DNA from: Draconibacterium orientale
GTDB lineage: Bacteria; Bacteroidota; Bacteroidia; Bacteroidales; JAADGE01
DNA length: 62,039 nt
Reading direction: 5' to 3'
NCBI GenBank assembly: GCA_022729995.1
Contig: DZBS01000003.1
Location: 1 to 62,039, forward strand
The notes under the pieces are model-generated. The model made no database searches. It was not told the DNA's origin and saw nothing but the letters and a program-made list of their open reading frames with translations. Numbering within the stretch: position 1 is the stretch's first letter; each line of letters opens with the position of its first letter. The translations under genes were made by a program, and so were the position numbers. Below are positions 48,842-59,730 of this stretch, piece after piece.

Positions 48842-50074
48842 ATGGTATTGAATTATATTTGGGTAGGATTTTTTTTGATAGCATTTGTTATTGCTCTTAT
48901 AAAATTGATATTTATGGGAGATACCCAAGTTTTTAGCCAAATGGTTACTTCAACTTTCGATATGTCAAAAACCGGATTTGAAATTTCACTCGGATTAACG
49001 GGCGTTTTGACATTATGGCTCGGCTTAATGAAAGTTGGCGAAAAAGGCGGAGTAATTTCAATTTTTTCAAAATTAATTACTCCATTTTTTAAGCGAATTT
49101 TTCCTGAACTTCCAAAAGATCACCCGGCTTACGGCTCAATGATAATGAACGTTGCAGCAAATATGCTCGGACTCGACAATGCCGCTACTCCAATGGGATT
49201 AAAGGCTATGAACCAATTACAGGAAACAAATCCGAACAAAAATGATGCATCAAATTCGCAAATTATGTTTTTGGTTTTGAACACATCGGGTTTAACTTTA
49301 ATTCCAATCAGCATTATGGTTTATCGTGCTCAACTTGGTGCTGTTGACCCTTCGGACATTTTTATTCCGATATTGCTTGCAACATTTTTTTCGACATTGG
49401 CTGGTTTACTTGCTGTTGCAGCATTTCAAAAAATAAATTTATTTAACCGAGTTATTTTGGCTTATTTGGGTGGAATTACATTATTTATTGTTGGCTTAAT
49501 ATATTATTTGCAAACACTTCCAAAAGATAAAATTGCAGATTTTTCATCAATTGCAAGCAATATAATTTTGTTTGCAATTATTATAACATTCGTTGGAATG
49601 GCTGCAATAAAAAGAGTTAACGTTTATGAAACATTTATAGAAGGAGCAAAAGAAGGTTTTTCAATTGCAGTGAAAATAATTCCTTATCTTATTGCAATTC
49701 TTGTTGCTATTGGTGTTTTCAGAGCATCGGGTGCAATGGATTTTGTAACTCAGGGATTCAAGTGGTTTTTTACTCTTATTCACGTAAATACCGATTTTGT
49801 TGAAGCAATTCCAACTGCTTTAATGAAACCTTTGAGCGGAAGCGGCGCACGAGGAATGATGGTTGAAGTAATGCAAACTCACGGAGCCGATTCGTTTTTA
49901 GGAAGAGTTGTTTCTACAATTCAAGGTTCTACAGATACAACATTTTATATTATTGCACTTTATTTTGGTTCTGTGGGAATTAAAAATACCAGACATGCTG
50001 TTCCTGCAGGTTTAATAGCAGATTTTGTAGGAATTACGGCAGCAATTATTATTTCATATTTGTTTTTTCATTAA
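48842..50074 (+). CDS. SpmA/SpmB fusion (nucleoside-recognition gate) membrane protein
   Basis: ANMLGLDNAATPMGLKAM, KPLSGSGA, GSTDTTFY. Confidence 0.92.
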   Translation: MVLNYIWVGFFLIAFVIALIKLIFMGDTQVFSQMVTSTFDMSKTGFEISLGLTGVLTLWLGLMKVGEKGGVISIFSKLITPFFKRIFPELPKDHPAYGSMIMNVAANMLGLDNAATPMGLKAMNQLQETNPNKNDASNSQIMFLVLNTSGLTLIPISIMVYRAQLGAVDPSDIFIPILLATFFSTLAGLLAVAAFQKINLFNRVILAYLGGITLFIVGLIYYLQTLPKDKIADFSSIASNIILFAIIITFVGMAAIKRVNVYETFIEGAKEGFSIAVKIIPYLIAILVAIGVFRASGAMDFVTQGFKWFFTLIHVNTDFVEAIPTALMKPLSGSGARGMMVEVMQTHGADSFLGRVVSTIQGSTDTTFYIIALYFGSVGIKNTRHAVPAGLIADFVGITAAIIISYLFFH

Positions 50075-50083
50075 AGGTTTTTG

Positions 50084-50836
50084 CTAAATATTACCAAGAA
50101 TTTTATATGAAATTATACCGAATATTTCATGAAAAAACTTCGACCATTCATTAAAAATTGAAGAATCCGGAATAAAAATATCGGCAAAAGAATATTTGTA
50201 TTTTACCATGTAATCTGTAGGGTAAATATCAGTTTTAATTCCGGCTTTTTCAAAACACAACTTAGCTCTGTATGCGTGAATAGAAGAACTTATCAACAAA
50301 TATTTGCCGGTTTTATTTTTCAATATTTCCGAAGTAAATTTTGCATTTTCATAAGTATTTCTCGATTTATTTTCAACAATAATATCCTCTTGGGGTATTC
50401 CCCATTTCAATAAAATTTGATTTGTGTATTCACTTTCAATTTGATTTTTTGATACAGGTTTTATTGAACCTCCGGAAATTATAATTTTTTTAATTTTTCC
50501 GTTGAAATACAAATCTACGGTTTGCATAATTCTGTCGCCGGCTTGGCTAAAAACAACTTTATTATTTATAGTATCAAATGCAGAATATCCGCCCAAAACA
50601 ATACCGTAATTATATGGAGTTTTAATTTGATTGGAGTTTATTGGTTTATATTCAATTATTTTTGAAATTTGAACGTATGCAAACTTATTTGAAAAGATAT
50701 AAAATGCAACTAATGAAATAATTAACAACGCTTTATTTATCTTTTTCTTCTTATAAATTATTGAAACTATTAATAATAAGAAGATTAAAAATAACGGGTT
50801 TAGAAAATAAGAAATCATTTTTGAAATTATAATCAT
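50084..50836 (-). CDS. YdcF/DUF218 (ElyC/SanA-like) protein
   Basis: IVLGG, DRI, ISGG, ENKSRNTYENA, SS..HAYRA, HE motifs. Confidence 0.9.
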   Translation of the reverse strand: MIIISKMISYFLNPLFLIFLLLIVSIIYKKKKINKALLIISLVAFYIFSNKFAYVQISKIIEYKPINSNQIKTPYNYGIVLGGYSAFDTINNKVVFSQAGDRIMQTVDLYFNGKIKKIIISGGSIKPVSKNQIESEYTNQILLKWGIPQEDIIVENKSRNTYENAKFTSEILKNKTGKYLLISSSIHAYRAKLCFEKAGIKTDIYPTDYMVKYKYSFADIFIPDSSIFNEWSKFFHEIFGIISYKILGNI

Positions 50837-50854
50837 GATTTTAAGTATAAAAAA

Positions 50855-50889
50855 TTAGCCCGACAAATGAAATTCAATTGTCGGGCTAA
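50855..50889 (-). terminator. Intrinsic terminator after the deaminase gene
   Basis: TTAGCCCGACAA-loop-TTGTCGGGCTAA with a U-run on the minus strand. Confidence 0.78.
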
Positions 50890-50904
50890 ATTCAAATTTT
50901 TTGT

Positions 50905-51375
50905 TTAATATTCAATTTTATCATCTTTATTTTCCCAATCTTTAAAAGCTTCCAAAGCTTCATCTCTCATAATTTGAATGTTCGGGATTTTTCTTTTATC
51001 ATAAGAAAGTTCAATTTCTTCATAAATAAATGAATCATCAAAACCAATATTCTTAGCATCTGTTTTTGTATTGGCAAAATATAATTTGTCTAATCTTGCC
51101 CAATAAATTGCTCCGAAGCACATAGGACAAGGTTCGCAAGAAGTATAAATTTCGCAACCTTCTAAATCGAATGTATCTAATTCTTTACAAGCCTTTCTGA
51201 TAGTGTTCACTTCGGCATGCGCAGTTGGGTCGTTATCCTTTGTAACACTGTTTGATGACGCTGCAATAATTTTTCCGTCTTTTACAATTACTGCTCCAAA
51301 AGGACCACCGCCATTCTTTACACTTTCTCGTGAAAGCCTAATGGCTTCCGTCATAAATTGTTCTTCTTTTCTCAT
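50905..51375 (-). CDS. Nucleoside/guanine deaminase (GuaD-like)
   Basis: GGPFGAVI, DPTAHAEV, SCEPCPMC, GFDDSFIY. Confidence 0.9.
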   Translation of the reverse strand: MRKEEQFMTEAIRLSRESVKNGGGPFGAVIVKDGKIIAASSNSVTKDNDPTAHAEVNTIRKACKELDTFDLEGCEIYTSCEPCPMCFGAIYWARLDKLYFANTKTDAKNIGFDDSFIYEEIELSYDKRKIPNIQIMRDEALEAFKDWENKDDKIEY

Positions 51376-51407
51376 CTATATTAAAAATTTTATCAAAGAT
51401 AAAAAAA

Positions 51408-51659
51408 TTAATAATTTATTGCAACCACTTCTTTAATTTCGGGAATAGCGCTTTTTATTGCTTGTTCGACTCCAAATTTTAATGTTTGTATACTCATTGA
51501 ACATGAATGACATGCACCGGTTAAAACCACTTGTACTGTTAAATCGTCCAATAAACCGACAAACTCAATATCTCCGCCGTCGGCATTCAAATATGGTCTA
51601 ACCATTTCCAATACATTTAAAATTCTCTCGCGATAATCTTCTTTATTTATATTTTCCAT
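51408..51659 (-). CDS. NifU/NfuA-like Fe-S carrier
   Basis: VRPYL.ADGGD, GACHSC motif. Confidence 0.92.
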   Translation of the reverse strand: MENINKEDYRERILNVLEMVRPYLNADGGDIEFVGLLDDLTVQVVLTGACHSCSMSIQTLKFGVEQAIKSAIPEIKEVVAINY

Positions 51660-51700
51660 TTTAATTTAATTAATGATAAAAGAAAATTTCAAAATTGTGG

Positions 51701-52834
51701 TTAATCTGTTGAACAGCCTGCATTTGGATCTATTTCTACTTTCTTGGTCGGTTCTAATTTTGCATTTCTTTCTTCAATTTTTTCGGCAACATTTTCTGCT
51801 AATTCTGTAAATGCTTGTGCTACAATTTTGTCTTCGGAAGAAACAGCCGGATTTCCGCTATCGCCGCCTTCTCTAATGCTTTGCACAATTGGAATTTGTC
51901 CTAATAAAGGAATATTCATTTTTTCGGCAAGAAGTTTTAAACCGTCTTTTCCAAAAATATAATATTTGTTATTTGGCAATTCGGCAGGTGTAAACCACGA
52001 CATGTTTTCGATAAATCCTATAACCGGAACTTCAATTTTATTTGCTTTAAACATACTTACGCCTCTGAGAGCGTCTGCAAGTGCAACATCTTGTGGAGTG
52101 CTAACAATTACAGCAGCCGTAACAGGTATTGTTTGAACAATTGTTAAATGAATATCGCCTGTTCCCGGAGGTAAATCTATGATGAAGTAATCCAAATCTC
52201 CCCAATCGGAATCTTTTATAAATTGTTGAATAGCACTTGTTGCCATTGCTCCTCGCCAAATTAAAGCATCTTCGGGTTTAACAAAAAATCCTATAGATAA
52301 CATTTTAATTCCTTGTTTTTCAACAGGAATGATAATATCTTTTCCGTTAACTTTTTTAATTGAAGGATGTTCGCCCTCTGCACCAAGCATTTTAGGAATT
52401 GACGGACCGTAAATATCGGCATCTAAAAGCCCGACTTTTGCTCCGCTTTTTGCAAGTGCAATTGCTAAATTAACAGCAACTGTAGATTTGCCGACTCCGC
52501 CTTTGCCCGATGCTACTGCTAAAATATTTTTAACTCCCGGCAAAATTGTTCCTTCATCTGTTCTTCCGAATGAAATTTTCTTTACTTCAATTTTTGTTAA
52601 GGCTTGCACTTCAATTTCTAAATCGTTAGAAATTTTTTCTTTAAGAAGTTTAATTGAAGCTTTTTCTATTGACTTTACAAACGGGTTTCCCGAGTTCATA
52701 CTCAGTTTGAATGTAATTTTATTTCCTTGAATTTTTAACGATTCAACCGCATTCAATGTTATAATATCTTTGCCTGTTTCAGGGTCTTTCACTTGTGATA
52801 AGACAGACATTATTTGTTCTAATGTGTAATTCAT
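51701..52834 (-). CDS. mrp: Mrp/ApbC/NBP35 family ATPase (Fe-S cluster carrier)
   Basis: SGKGGVGKST, DADIYGPS, DLPPGTGD, ENMS. Confidence 0.94.
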   Translation of the reverse strand: MNYTLEQIMSVLSQVKDPETGKDIITLNAVESLKIQGNKITFKLSMNSGNPFVKSIEKASIKLLKEKISNDLEIEVQALTKIEVKKISFGRTDEGTILPGVKNILAVASGKGGVGKSTVAVNLAIALAKSGAKVGLLDADIYGPSIPKMLGAEGEHPSIKKVNGKDIIIPVEKQGIKMLSIGFFVKPEDALIWRGAMATSAIQQFIKDSDWGDLDYFIIDLPPGTGDIHLTIVQTIPVTAAVIVSTPQDVALADALRGVSMFKANKIEVPVIGFIENMSWFTPAELPNNKYYIFGKDGLKLLAEKMNIPLLGQIPIVQSIREGGDSGNPAVSSEDKIVAQAFTELAENVAEKIEERNAKLEPTKKVEIDPNAGCSTD

Positions 52835-52870
52835 TATTGTTATGTTAAATTAATCTTAATTGGAATAGTG

Positions 52871-52878
52871 CAAAGATA
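52871..52878 (-). promoter_or_regulatory. Bacteroidota-type -7 promoter motif (TATCTTTG)
   Basis: TAnnTTTG upstream of mrp. Confidence 0.5.
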
Positions 52879-52915
52879 GAATTTAGATTAATTCTAAACA
52901 AGGTTTTTGTGAAAT

Positions 52916-53233
52916 TTATTCAGGTTGCCAGAAAAATAATTCAAAGTCTTTAATAATGTCATTTTCAATAACAATACCTTCACTTTCTAAAAGTTCTTTC
53001 ATAGTATTGTAATTAGGGAAATGTATTTTACCGGTAAGAAGTCCGTTTCGATTTACAACACGATGCGCAGGAACAAAAACTGTTTGCGATGAAGATTTAT
53101 TTAAAGCCCAACCAACCATTCTGCCCGCTTGCGGACTTCCGATAAAAGCTGCAATTGCGCCATAAGAAGTTACACGTCCGCGAGGAATTCGGCGAGTAAC
53201 TTCATATACTTTATTGAAAAAAGATTCGGGCAT
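52916..53233 (-). CDS. Alkyltransferase-like (MGMT family) DNA-binding protein
   Basis: IPRGRVTSYG; PAHRVV in place of the catalytic PCHRV. Confidence 0.9.
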   Translation of the reverse strand: MPESFFNKVYEVTRRIPRGRVTSYGAIAAFIGSPQAGRMVGWALNKSSSQTVFVPAHRVVNRNGLLTGKIHFPNYNTMKELLESEGIVIENDIIKDFELFFWQPE

Positions 53234-54129
53234 TATTTTTTTTGCTTGAAGAGAAATTCGCTTTCTTCTTTTGTCAAATTATGATATCCTTCTTTAGAAA
53301 TTTTATCGAGTATTCTGTCGAGTTCAATTTGATTTGCATCTTTTTCGAAGCTTTTTTTGTCTCTTCCGGGTTTTTCAAATCTATTATATTTTGAATCAAT
53401 TTTCATTTTGGCTCTTTGTTTTTCGGCTTTTGAGCTTCCAAAAAATGATACTGCATTATTCAAAAAATTATTAAAAGACCTTGTAATATCTTTACCGTTT
53501 TTGACTTTATATCCAAACCAAATTCCGTATAATGCACCGCCTAAATGAGCAAAATGTGCAACACCGTCGGAAACAACAAGTCCGTTTTTCATTTCACCGG
53601 CAATTCCCATAATATCAATAACAATTGCAATAATTGCTAAATATTTAATTTTAACTGCACCAAAAAACATTAAATGAATTTCATAATCGGGCTTAAAAGT
53701 TGAAATTGCAAAAACTATAGACATTACAGCAGCCGAAGCTCCAATAATTCCGACTCTGGCTTCCGTCGGTAACAATTCGTTTACGCCTAAATGCAAAAGT
53801 GCACCTGCAAAACCGCCGAGAAGAAATACAGCTAAAAATTGTTTATTGTTGAAGAAAAGTAAAAATATTTGTCCAAACCAAAACAGCCATAACATGTTCA
53901 TTAAAAGATGCCAAAATCCGCCGTGCAGAAACATGTATGAAACAATTGTCCAAGGTTTAAATATAAATTCCTTAAAAGTTCCGGGTAAAGAAAAATAGCT
54001 TTCTAAATTAGGAAATGCTAAAAACAAAAAATATAGTACTACATAAGCTGCAACATTAATAAAAATCAATTTAGTAATAATTGAGCCGTTGTTATATAAT
54101 CTTTTTAAATCGTCTGCTAATTTTGCCAT
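53233..54129 (-). CDS. Rhomboid intramembrane serine protease with soluble C-terminal extension
   Basis: HLLMNM, GASAA, AHLGG; C-terminal LDRILDKISKEGY..LT.EE. Confidence 0.92.
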   Translation of the reverse strand: MAKLADDLKRLYNNGSIITKLIFINVAAYVVLYFLFLAFPNLESYFSLPGTFKEFIFKPWTIVSYMFLHGGFWHLLMNMLWLFWFGQIFLLFFNNKQFLAVFLLGGFAGALLHLGVNELLPTEARVGIIGASAAVMSIVFAISTFKPDYEIHLMFFGAVKIKYLAIIAIVIDIMGIAGEMKNGLVVSDGVAHFAHLGGALYGIWFGYKVKNGKDITRSFNNFLNNAVSFFGSSKAEKQRAKMKIDSKYNRFEKPGRDKKSFEKDANQIELDRILDKISKEGYHNLTKEESEFLFKQKK

Positions 54130-54138
54130 AACAATATA

Positions 54139-54885
54139 TTAATAAAAGTTGTTGGAGCTTTTACCCCAAATTTTGATTAGAATAAACCCAAAAAGCATTC
54201 CTCCCAAGTGAGCAAAATGCGCAATATTATCGCCGGGAACATTTGCTACACCGTTAAATAATTCAAGTGCGCCATAACCCATTACAAAATATTTTGCTTT
54301 AATCGGTATTGGTATAAACATCATGTATAATTCTGTATTTGGAAACAACATTCCAAAAGCCAATAAAATTCCGAATACTGCACCCGACGCTCCAACCGTA
54401 GGAATATTTACAAGTAAATTTAATTTTCCCATAGCAGAATTTGTATAATTCATACCGTCGGACAAAGCTAAATATCCTTTAGAAATAACTTCATTAATTT
54501 GTTCCGGAGTTAAAGAACTCATTATAGATTGAGCATGAAAATAATTCACTAAAGAATGAAGAATTGCAGCTCCAAAACCTGTAACAAGGTAATAAATTAA
54601 AAAACGTTTTGGACCCCAAACTCTTTCAAGAACTTGCCCAAAAATCCAAAGTGCATACATATTGAAAAGTAAATGCAAGAAACCTGCGTGCATAAACATG
54701 TGAGTAACAATTTGGAACGGTCTGAAAGAATCGGAGCCGAAATAATAAAGTCCGATTATTCGTGCTAAATCGATTCCGGAAAACTGACTTAGAATTCCAC
54801 CCAACAGCAAAACGGCTGCGTTTATAATAAGTAAATTTTTAACTACAGGACTGATATTCATTAACGGATTAGCTCCCCTATTCAT
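54139..54885 (-). CDS. Rhomboid intramembrane serine protease
   Basis: HLLFNM, GASGA, AHFAHLGG. Confidence 0.93.
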   Translation of the reverse strand: MNRGANPLMNISPVVKNLLIINAAVLLLGGILSQFSGIDLARIIGLYYFGSDSFRPFQIVTHMFMHAGFLHLLFNMYALWIFGQVLERVWGPKRFLIYYLVTGFGAAILHSLVNYFHAQSIMSSLTPEQINEVISKGYLALSDGMNYTNSAMGKLNLLVNIPTVGASGAVFGILLAFGMLFPNTELYMMFIPIPIKAKYFVMGYGALELFNGVANVPGDNIAHFAHLGGMLFGFILIKIWGKSSNNFY

Positions 54886-55026
54886 ATATTTATTTTTTTT
54901 ATAAAACTTGGCAAATTTAATAAAGTTTTAGTATTAAATGTTATTTTGAAATTGTTAAAAAATCTAAATTTTAAAGTGATGTTTACAAAATTATTGGTAA
55001 TTTAGACAAATTTTTTTAATAAATTT

Positions 55027-55902
55027 ATGAATAGCACAAGCAAAGATAATTCACAAAAAAAAGTAAGAGGCTCATATTTTATTTCAATTATCAGTGTGTC
55101 AATGGTTTTATTGATGCTGGGTATTATTAGTTTATTGCTGATAAATGCAAAAAATTTATCGGATTACGCAAAAGAAAATATTGGTTTTACGCTTTTTCTT
55201 GAAAATAATGCCAAACCTTCTGATGTTGACAGACTAAAAAAAACACTACAAATATCGAATTACACAACTTCCTACAAATACGTTTCAAAAGAAGAAGCAC
55301 GCCAAATTATGAAGGAAGAATTAGGAAAAGATTTCACGGAAATACTGGGTTACAATTCTTTACCAAATTCAATTGAAGTATTAATAGATTCAAAATACTC
55401 AAACCCGGATAGTATAGAATCAATAAGAAAAAGTTTGGGAAAATTTACAGCAATAAAAGAATTCTATTACCAAAAATCATTAGTTTCGTTGGTAAATAAG
55501 AATGTTCAGAATTTAACCTTTGCAGGAATTTTTATAAGTTCTCTACTTTTATTAATTGCAATAACATTAATAAACAACACAATACGGCTTTCGGTATATT
55601 CAAAAAGATTTATAATAAGAACAGCTCAACTTGTAGGAGCCACAAAAAATTTCATAAAAAATCCGTTTATAACCGGCGGAGTTGCAATGGGAATGCTCGG
55701 TTCGGCTGTTTCGTCAATGGTTTTGGTTTTTATAGTTTTAATTTTACAACAAAACTTTGAAAATATAATTACCATTCAAGGAATATGGCTTGTAATTTTA
55801 ATTATGTTTGTATTAGGCTCTGTAATAACAGGTTTAGCCGCAAATTTTGCAGTAGAAAAATACTTAAAATTAGACACTTCAAAACTGTATTTTGAGAATT
55901 AA
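55027..55902 (+). CDS. ftsX: Cell division protein FtsX
   Basis: INNTIRLSVYSKRF.I...QLVGAT..FI..PF; four-TM layout. Confidence 0.92.
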   Translation: MNSTSKDNSQKKVRGSYFISIISVSMVLLMLGIISLLLINAKNLSDYAKENIGFTLFLENNAKPSDVDRLKKTLQISNYTTSYKYVSKEEARQIMKEELGKDFTEILGYNSLPNSIEVLIDSKYSNPDSIESIRKSLGKFTAIKEFYYQKSLVSLVNKNVQNLTFAGIFISSLLLLIAITLINNTIRLSVYSKRFIIRTAQLVGATKNFIKNPFITGGVAMGMLGSAVSSMVLVFIVLILQQNFENIITIQGIWLVILIMFVLGSVITGLAANFAVEKYLKLDTSKLYFEN

Positions 55903-55967
55903 TAAAAATACTTTTATTTTGAGACTTCAAAAAATAACTTCAAAAAATAAAGCAAAAAAATAAACAC

Positions 55968-56219
55968 ATGAAAGAAGGAACAGAAAAATTCGGGTTTGCA
56001 CTTGCAAAACAAAATTACATATTATTGGCAATAGGTTTTGTAATAATTGTAATAGGTTTTTTATTGATGACAGGCGGCGGAACTCAAGACCCAAACGTTT
56101 TTAATGCAGACGAACTCTTTAGTTTCAGAAGAATAACACTTGCTCCGATGGTGGTATTATTCGGTTTCATTTTTGAAATTTACGCAATAATGAAAAAACC
56201 AAAAGAAGAAAATTTATAA
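55968..56219 (+). CDS. DUF3098-like small membrane protein
   Basis: NY.LL.IG...GF.LM.G...[10 protein letters not shown]; located between ftsX and uppP. Confidence 0.82.
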   Translation: MKEGTEKFGFALAKQNYILLAIGFVIIVIGFLLMTGGGTQDPNVFNADELFSFRRITLAPMVVLFGFIFEIYAIMKKPKEENL

Positions 56220-56998
56220 TGAATTGGTTACAAGCATTATTAATAGCAATTGTCGAAGGAATTACAGAATTTTTGCCGATATCATCAACCGGTCACATGA
56301 TAATTACCGAAAAAATTATCGGATTGGAAAGTGATGATTTTGTAAAAGCATTTATTATAAATATTCAATTCGGAGCAATATTATCTGTTGTAGTTTTATA
56401 TTGGAAAAGTTTTTTTCAATCATTAAAATTTTATTACAAATTATTTGTAGCTTTTATTCCTGCTGCAGTATTTGGCTTATTGTTAGGCGATTATATTGAC
56501 AAATTACTCGAAAACGTAGTTGTTGTAGCTATAGCTTTAATTTTGGGCGGAATTATTTTAATTTTTGTAGATAAATGGTTTAAAAATCCTTCGGAAAATC
56601 AAGAAGTAACATATTCTAAAGCATTAAAAATAGGATTTTTCCAAGTAATTGCTATGATTCCCGGAGTATCACGTTCCGCAGCAACAATAATTGGCGGAAT
56701 GTCTCAAAAACTTACACGAAAAAATGCAGCGGAATTTTCATTTTTCTTGGCAGTTCCAACTATGTTTGCCGCATCAGGATACAAATTATTAGAAAATTAC
56801 AAAGCCATAAATGTTGATAATATCGGAATTCTAATATTCGGAAATATAATTGCGTTTTTTGTAGCATTAGTTGCAATAAAAACATTTATTAATTATTTGA
56901 GCAAAAACGGTTTCAAAATTTTTGGATATTACAGAATTATACTCGGAACAATAATTTTAATATTATTGGCATCGGGTTATAATTTGAGTATAATGTAA
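56219..56998 (+). CDS. uppP: Undecaprenyl-diphosphate phosphatase
   Basis: [31 protein letters not shown]. Confidence 0.96.
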   Translation: MNWLQALLIAIVEGITEFLPISSTGHMIITEKIIGLESDDFVKAFIINIQFGAILSVVVLYWKSFFQSLKFYYKLFVAFIPAAVFGLLLGDYIDKLLENVVVVAIALILGGIILIFVDKWFKNPSENQEVTYSKALKIGFFQVIAMIPGVSRSAATIIGGMSQKLTRKNAAEFSFFLAVPTMFAASGYKLLENYKAINVDNIGILIFGNIIAFFVALVAIKTFINYLSKNGFKIFGYYRIILGTIILILLASGYNLSIM

Positions 56999-57088
56999 TA
57001 ATTCAACTTATTAACAAGAAAAATAAATTGCTATTCAAAAAATATCAATTTTTATATCGAAAAAAAATATCCAAAAAAACAATTTAAA

Positions 57089-57778
57089 ATGATTCCCAAT
57101 AAAGATTATTTAGCAGGAGAAGTAATTTTAATAAATAAATATCTCTCATGGACATCATTTGATATTGTAAATAAAATGAGATATCTTTTGAAAAAAAAAT
57201 TAGATATAAAGAAAATTAAAGTCGGACATGCAGGAACGCTTGACCCGCTGGCAACAGGATTGGTAATAGTTTGTACCGGAAAAAAGACCAAAGAAATAGA
57301 ACAATATCAAGCTCAAGAAAAAGAATATATTGCAGATATTTATCTTGGAGCCACAACTCCTTCTTTCGATTTAGAAACAGAAGTTGACAAAGAATATGAA
57401 TTTTCACATATTACAATTGAACTTATAAATGAAGTTCTAAAAAAATTTATAGGCAAGCAACAACAGATTCCTCCTATATTCTCGGCAAAAAAAGTTGACG
57501 GACAACGTGCATACATAAGCGCACGAAAAGGAATTGAACTCATAATAAAACCTTCGGATATAGAAATTTATGAAATTGAACCCTTAGAAATAAATTTACC
57601 GCATAATTTAAAAATAAAAATAAAATGCAGTAAAGGCACATACATTCGCGCATTAGCAAGAGACATAGGCACTTCACTAAACAGCGGTGCATATTTAAAA
57701 GGCTTAATAAGAACAAAAATTGGAAATTTTTCTGTTGAAAATTCCATAACAGTTGACGAATTTGAAAATTTGTTGTAA
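57089..57778 (+). CDS. truB: tRNA pseudouridine(55) synthase
   Basis: KVGHAGTLDPLATG, CSKGTYIRALARD. Confidence 0.97.
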   Translation: MIPNKDYLAGEVILINKYLSWTSFDIVNKMRYLLKKKLDIKKIKVGHAGTLDPLATGLVIVCTGKKTKEIEQYQAQEKEYIADIYLGATTPSFDLETEVDKEYEFSHITIELINEVLKKFIGKQQQIPPIFSAKKVDGQRAYISARKGIELIIKPSDIEIYEIEPLEINLPHNLKIKIKCSKGTYIRALARDIGTSLNSGAYLKGLIRTKIGNFSVENSITVDEFENLL

Positions 57779-57822
57779 TTTTGCAGTTCGTTTCCCAAAT
57801 AAAAAAAAAGAAAATCCCATAG

Positions 57823-58872
57823 ATGAAACTATCAAAATTTAATTTTAGTTTACCAAAAGAACTTATTGCAAAATATCCTGCATCAAACAGAGATGAATCC
57901 AGATTAATGGTTATCGACAGACAAACAGGAGAAATTGAGCACAAAATATTCAAAGACGTGATTGAATATTTTAATGAAGGCGATATGTTTATTTTTAACA
58001 ACACGCGTGTATTTCCGGCAAGATTGTACGGATTAAAAGAAAAAACAGGTGCAGAAATAGAAGTATTTTTATTAAGAGAACTTAATAAAGATCAAAGACT
58101 TTGGGACGTTCTGGTTAATCCTGCAAGAAAAATAAGAATCGGAAACAAACTTTTCTTCGGAAAAGGCGAAACACTTGTTGCCGAAGTGATTGACAATACA
58201 ACATCAAGAGGAAGAACATTGCGTTTCCTTTTCGACGGCGAATATGACGAGTTTAGAAAAACTCTTTTCGATTTAGGAGAAACTCCTTTACCGCTGTTTT
58301 TGGACAGACCTGTTGAACCTGAAGATTCTGAAAGATATCAAACAATTTTTGCAGAAAAAGAAGGTGCCGTTGCAGCTCCGACTGCCGGATTACATTTCAG
58401 TAAAATTCTTTTGAAAAAGTTTGAAATAAAAGGAATTCAAACTGCTGCAATAACTTTGCATGTTGGTTTAGGAAATTTTAGAAGTGTTGATGTTGAAGAT
58501 TTAACAAAACATAAAATGGATTCGGAACAAATATTTATTTCCGAAGAAACAGCAGATGCGGTAAATAAAGTTAGAGATTCAAGAAAAAATATTTGCGCTG
58601 TAGGAACAACGGTTTTGAGAACTTTAGAAAGTTCAGTTTCAACGCAAGGACATTTAAAACCTTATGTAGGCTGGACAAACAAATTTATTTTTCCTCCTTA
58701 TGAATTTAGCGTTCCAAACAGAATGATTACAAATTTTCACATGCCCTACTCTATTCCGTTAATGTCGGCAACTGCATTCGGCGGATATAGATTAACAATG
58801 AAAGCTTATGAAACTGCAATTAAAGAAGGCTATAAATTTGGAACCTTCGGAGATGCGATGTTAATATTATAA
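57823..58872 (+). CDS. queA: S-adenosylmethionine:tRNA ribosyltransferase-isomerase
   Basis: [36 protein letters not shown]. Confidence 0.97.
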   Translation: MKLSKFNFSLPKELIAKYPASNRDESRLMVIDRQTGEIEHKIFKDVIEYFNEGDMFIFNNTRVFPARLYGLKEKTGAEIEVFLLRELNKDQRLWDVLVNPARKIRIGNKLFFGKGETLVAEVIDNTTSRGRTLRFLFDGEYDEFRKTLFDLGETPLPLFLDRPVEPEDSERYQTIFAEKEGAVAAPTAGLHFSKILLKKFEIKGIQTAAITLHVGLGNFRSVDVEDLTKHKMDSEQIFISEETADAVNKVRDSRKNICAVGTTVLRTLESSVSTQGHLKPYVGWTNKFIFPPYEFSVPNRMITNFHMPYSIPLMSATAFGGYRLTMKAYETAIKEGYKFGTFGDAMLIL

Positions 58873-58875
58873 ATG

Positions 58876-58903
58876 AAAAAGAGGCTTTGAAGCCTCTTTT
58901 TTT
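58876..58903 (+). terminator. Intrinsic terminator after queA
   Basis: AAAAAGAGGCTT-TG-AAGCCTCTTTTTTT. Confidence 0.85.
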
Positions 58904-59311
58904 ATTTCTTTCCGTTAAAACAGCAAACACAAAAATTTTATTTTTCGAGCAACAAATTTCTTTCGGAATTGTTGAAATACTAACGCAATAATTTTTGCAA
59001 ATTAATATTTGGCAGAAGTTTCAGAATTTAGAATTGCAAATTAATTCATAAAACAATTTTTAGCAATTTAATAACTCGTTAAGAAGCAATTATTTCAGTC
59101 GGATTATTACCATTAATTTTTTATGCTTTCCTCAAGCAGGAAAAACGATTGTTAGATTCATCTATAATGCTTTATATTAAACAATTATAGCGGAAAAGAT
59201 TTCTGTATTCAATTACGTGAGTTTGTAAATAAATTTCTCTTTTAGGTGAAAATCATAATAATAAAGTGTATTTTTTTAGAAAGTTTTTCTTTTTTCTTTT
59301 TCAGTGATAAA

Positions 59312-59377
59312 AAAACCCAAACATTGCAAAAGTTTTAGAACTTTTGCAATGTTAACTATTTCTGTAAGATAAAATCT
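59312..59377. repeat. 66-bp REP-like palindromic repeat, left copy
   Basis: Perfect 15-bp arms AACATTGCAAAAGTT-TTAG-AACTTTTGCAATGTT (59320-59353); 61/66 identical to 60485-60550. Confidence 0.9.
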
Positions 59378-59462
59378 TTCGGTTCTCAAACAGCATTTTA
59401 AAAAAATTTTTATATATTTATTGAAATTCTTTGAATTCGTGACGTAACGATTAACGGCAGAG

Positions 59463-59684
59463 TTATTCTATATGTTTAATTAAAGTATCCTGAATATTTA
59501 AAGAATCTTTAAATTGTTTAAATACAATATCATCATCAAAAAAATATTTCTTTCCATTAAAAATAATAATATATTTATGTTCTTTTAATGGCGGTGACGG
59601 CAAATTCTCTTTAATTTCAGGTTTATAATTACAGCTACTTATATATAAAATAATCAGTGTAATAGATAATATTTTTCTCAACAT
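59463..59684 (-). CDS. Small hypothetical lipoprotein, possibly a fragment
   Basis: MLRKILSITLIILYISSC lipobox-like start; 73 aa. Confidence 0.5.
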   Translation of the reverse strand: MLRKILSITLIILYISSCNYKPEIKENLPSPPLKEHKYIIIFNGKKYFFDDDIVFKQFKDSLNIQDTLIKHIE

Positions 59685-59730
59685 TTATATATATATATTT
59701 TAGAGAATTATCCGAACAAGGCATCTCGTT

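Noticed and set aside
52916-53233. Active O6-methylguanine methyltransferase or pseudogene
   Set aside because: PAHRV lacks the catalytic Cys, which is normal for alkyltransferase-like proteins
53233-54885. Tandem rhomboids as unusual
   Set aside because: A common arrangement in Bacteroidota
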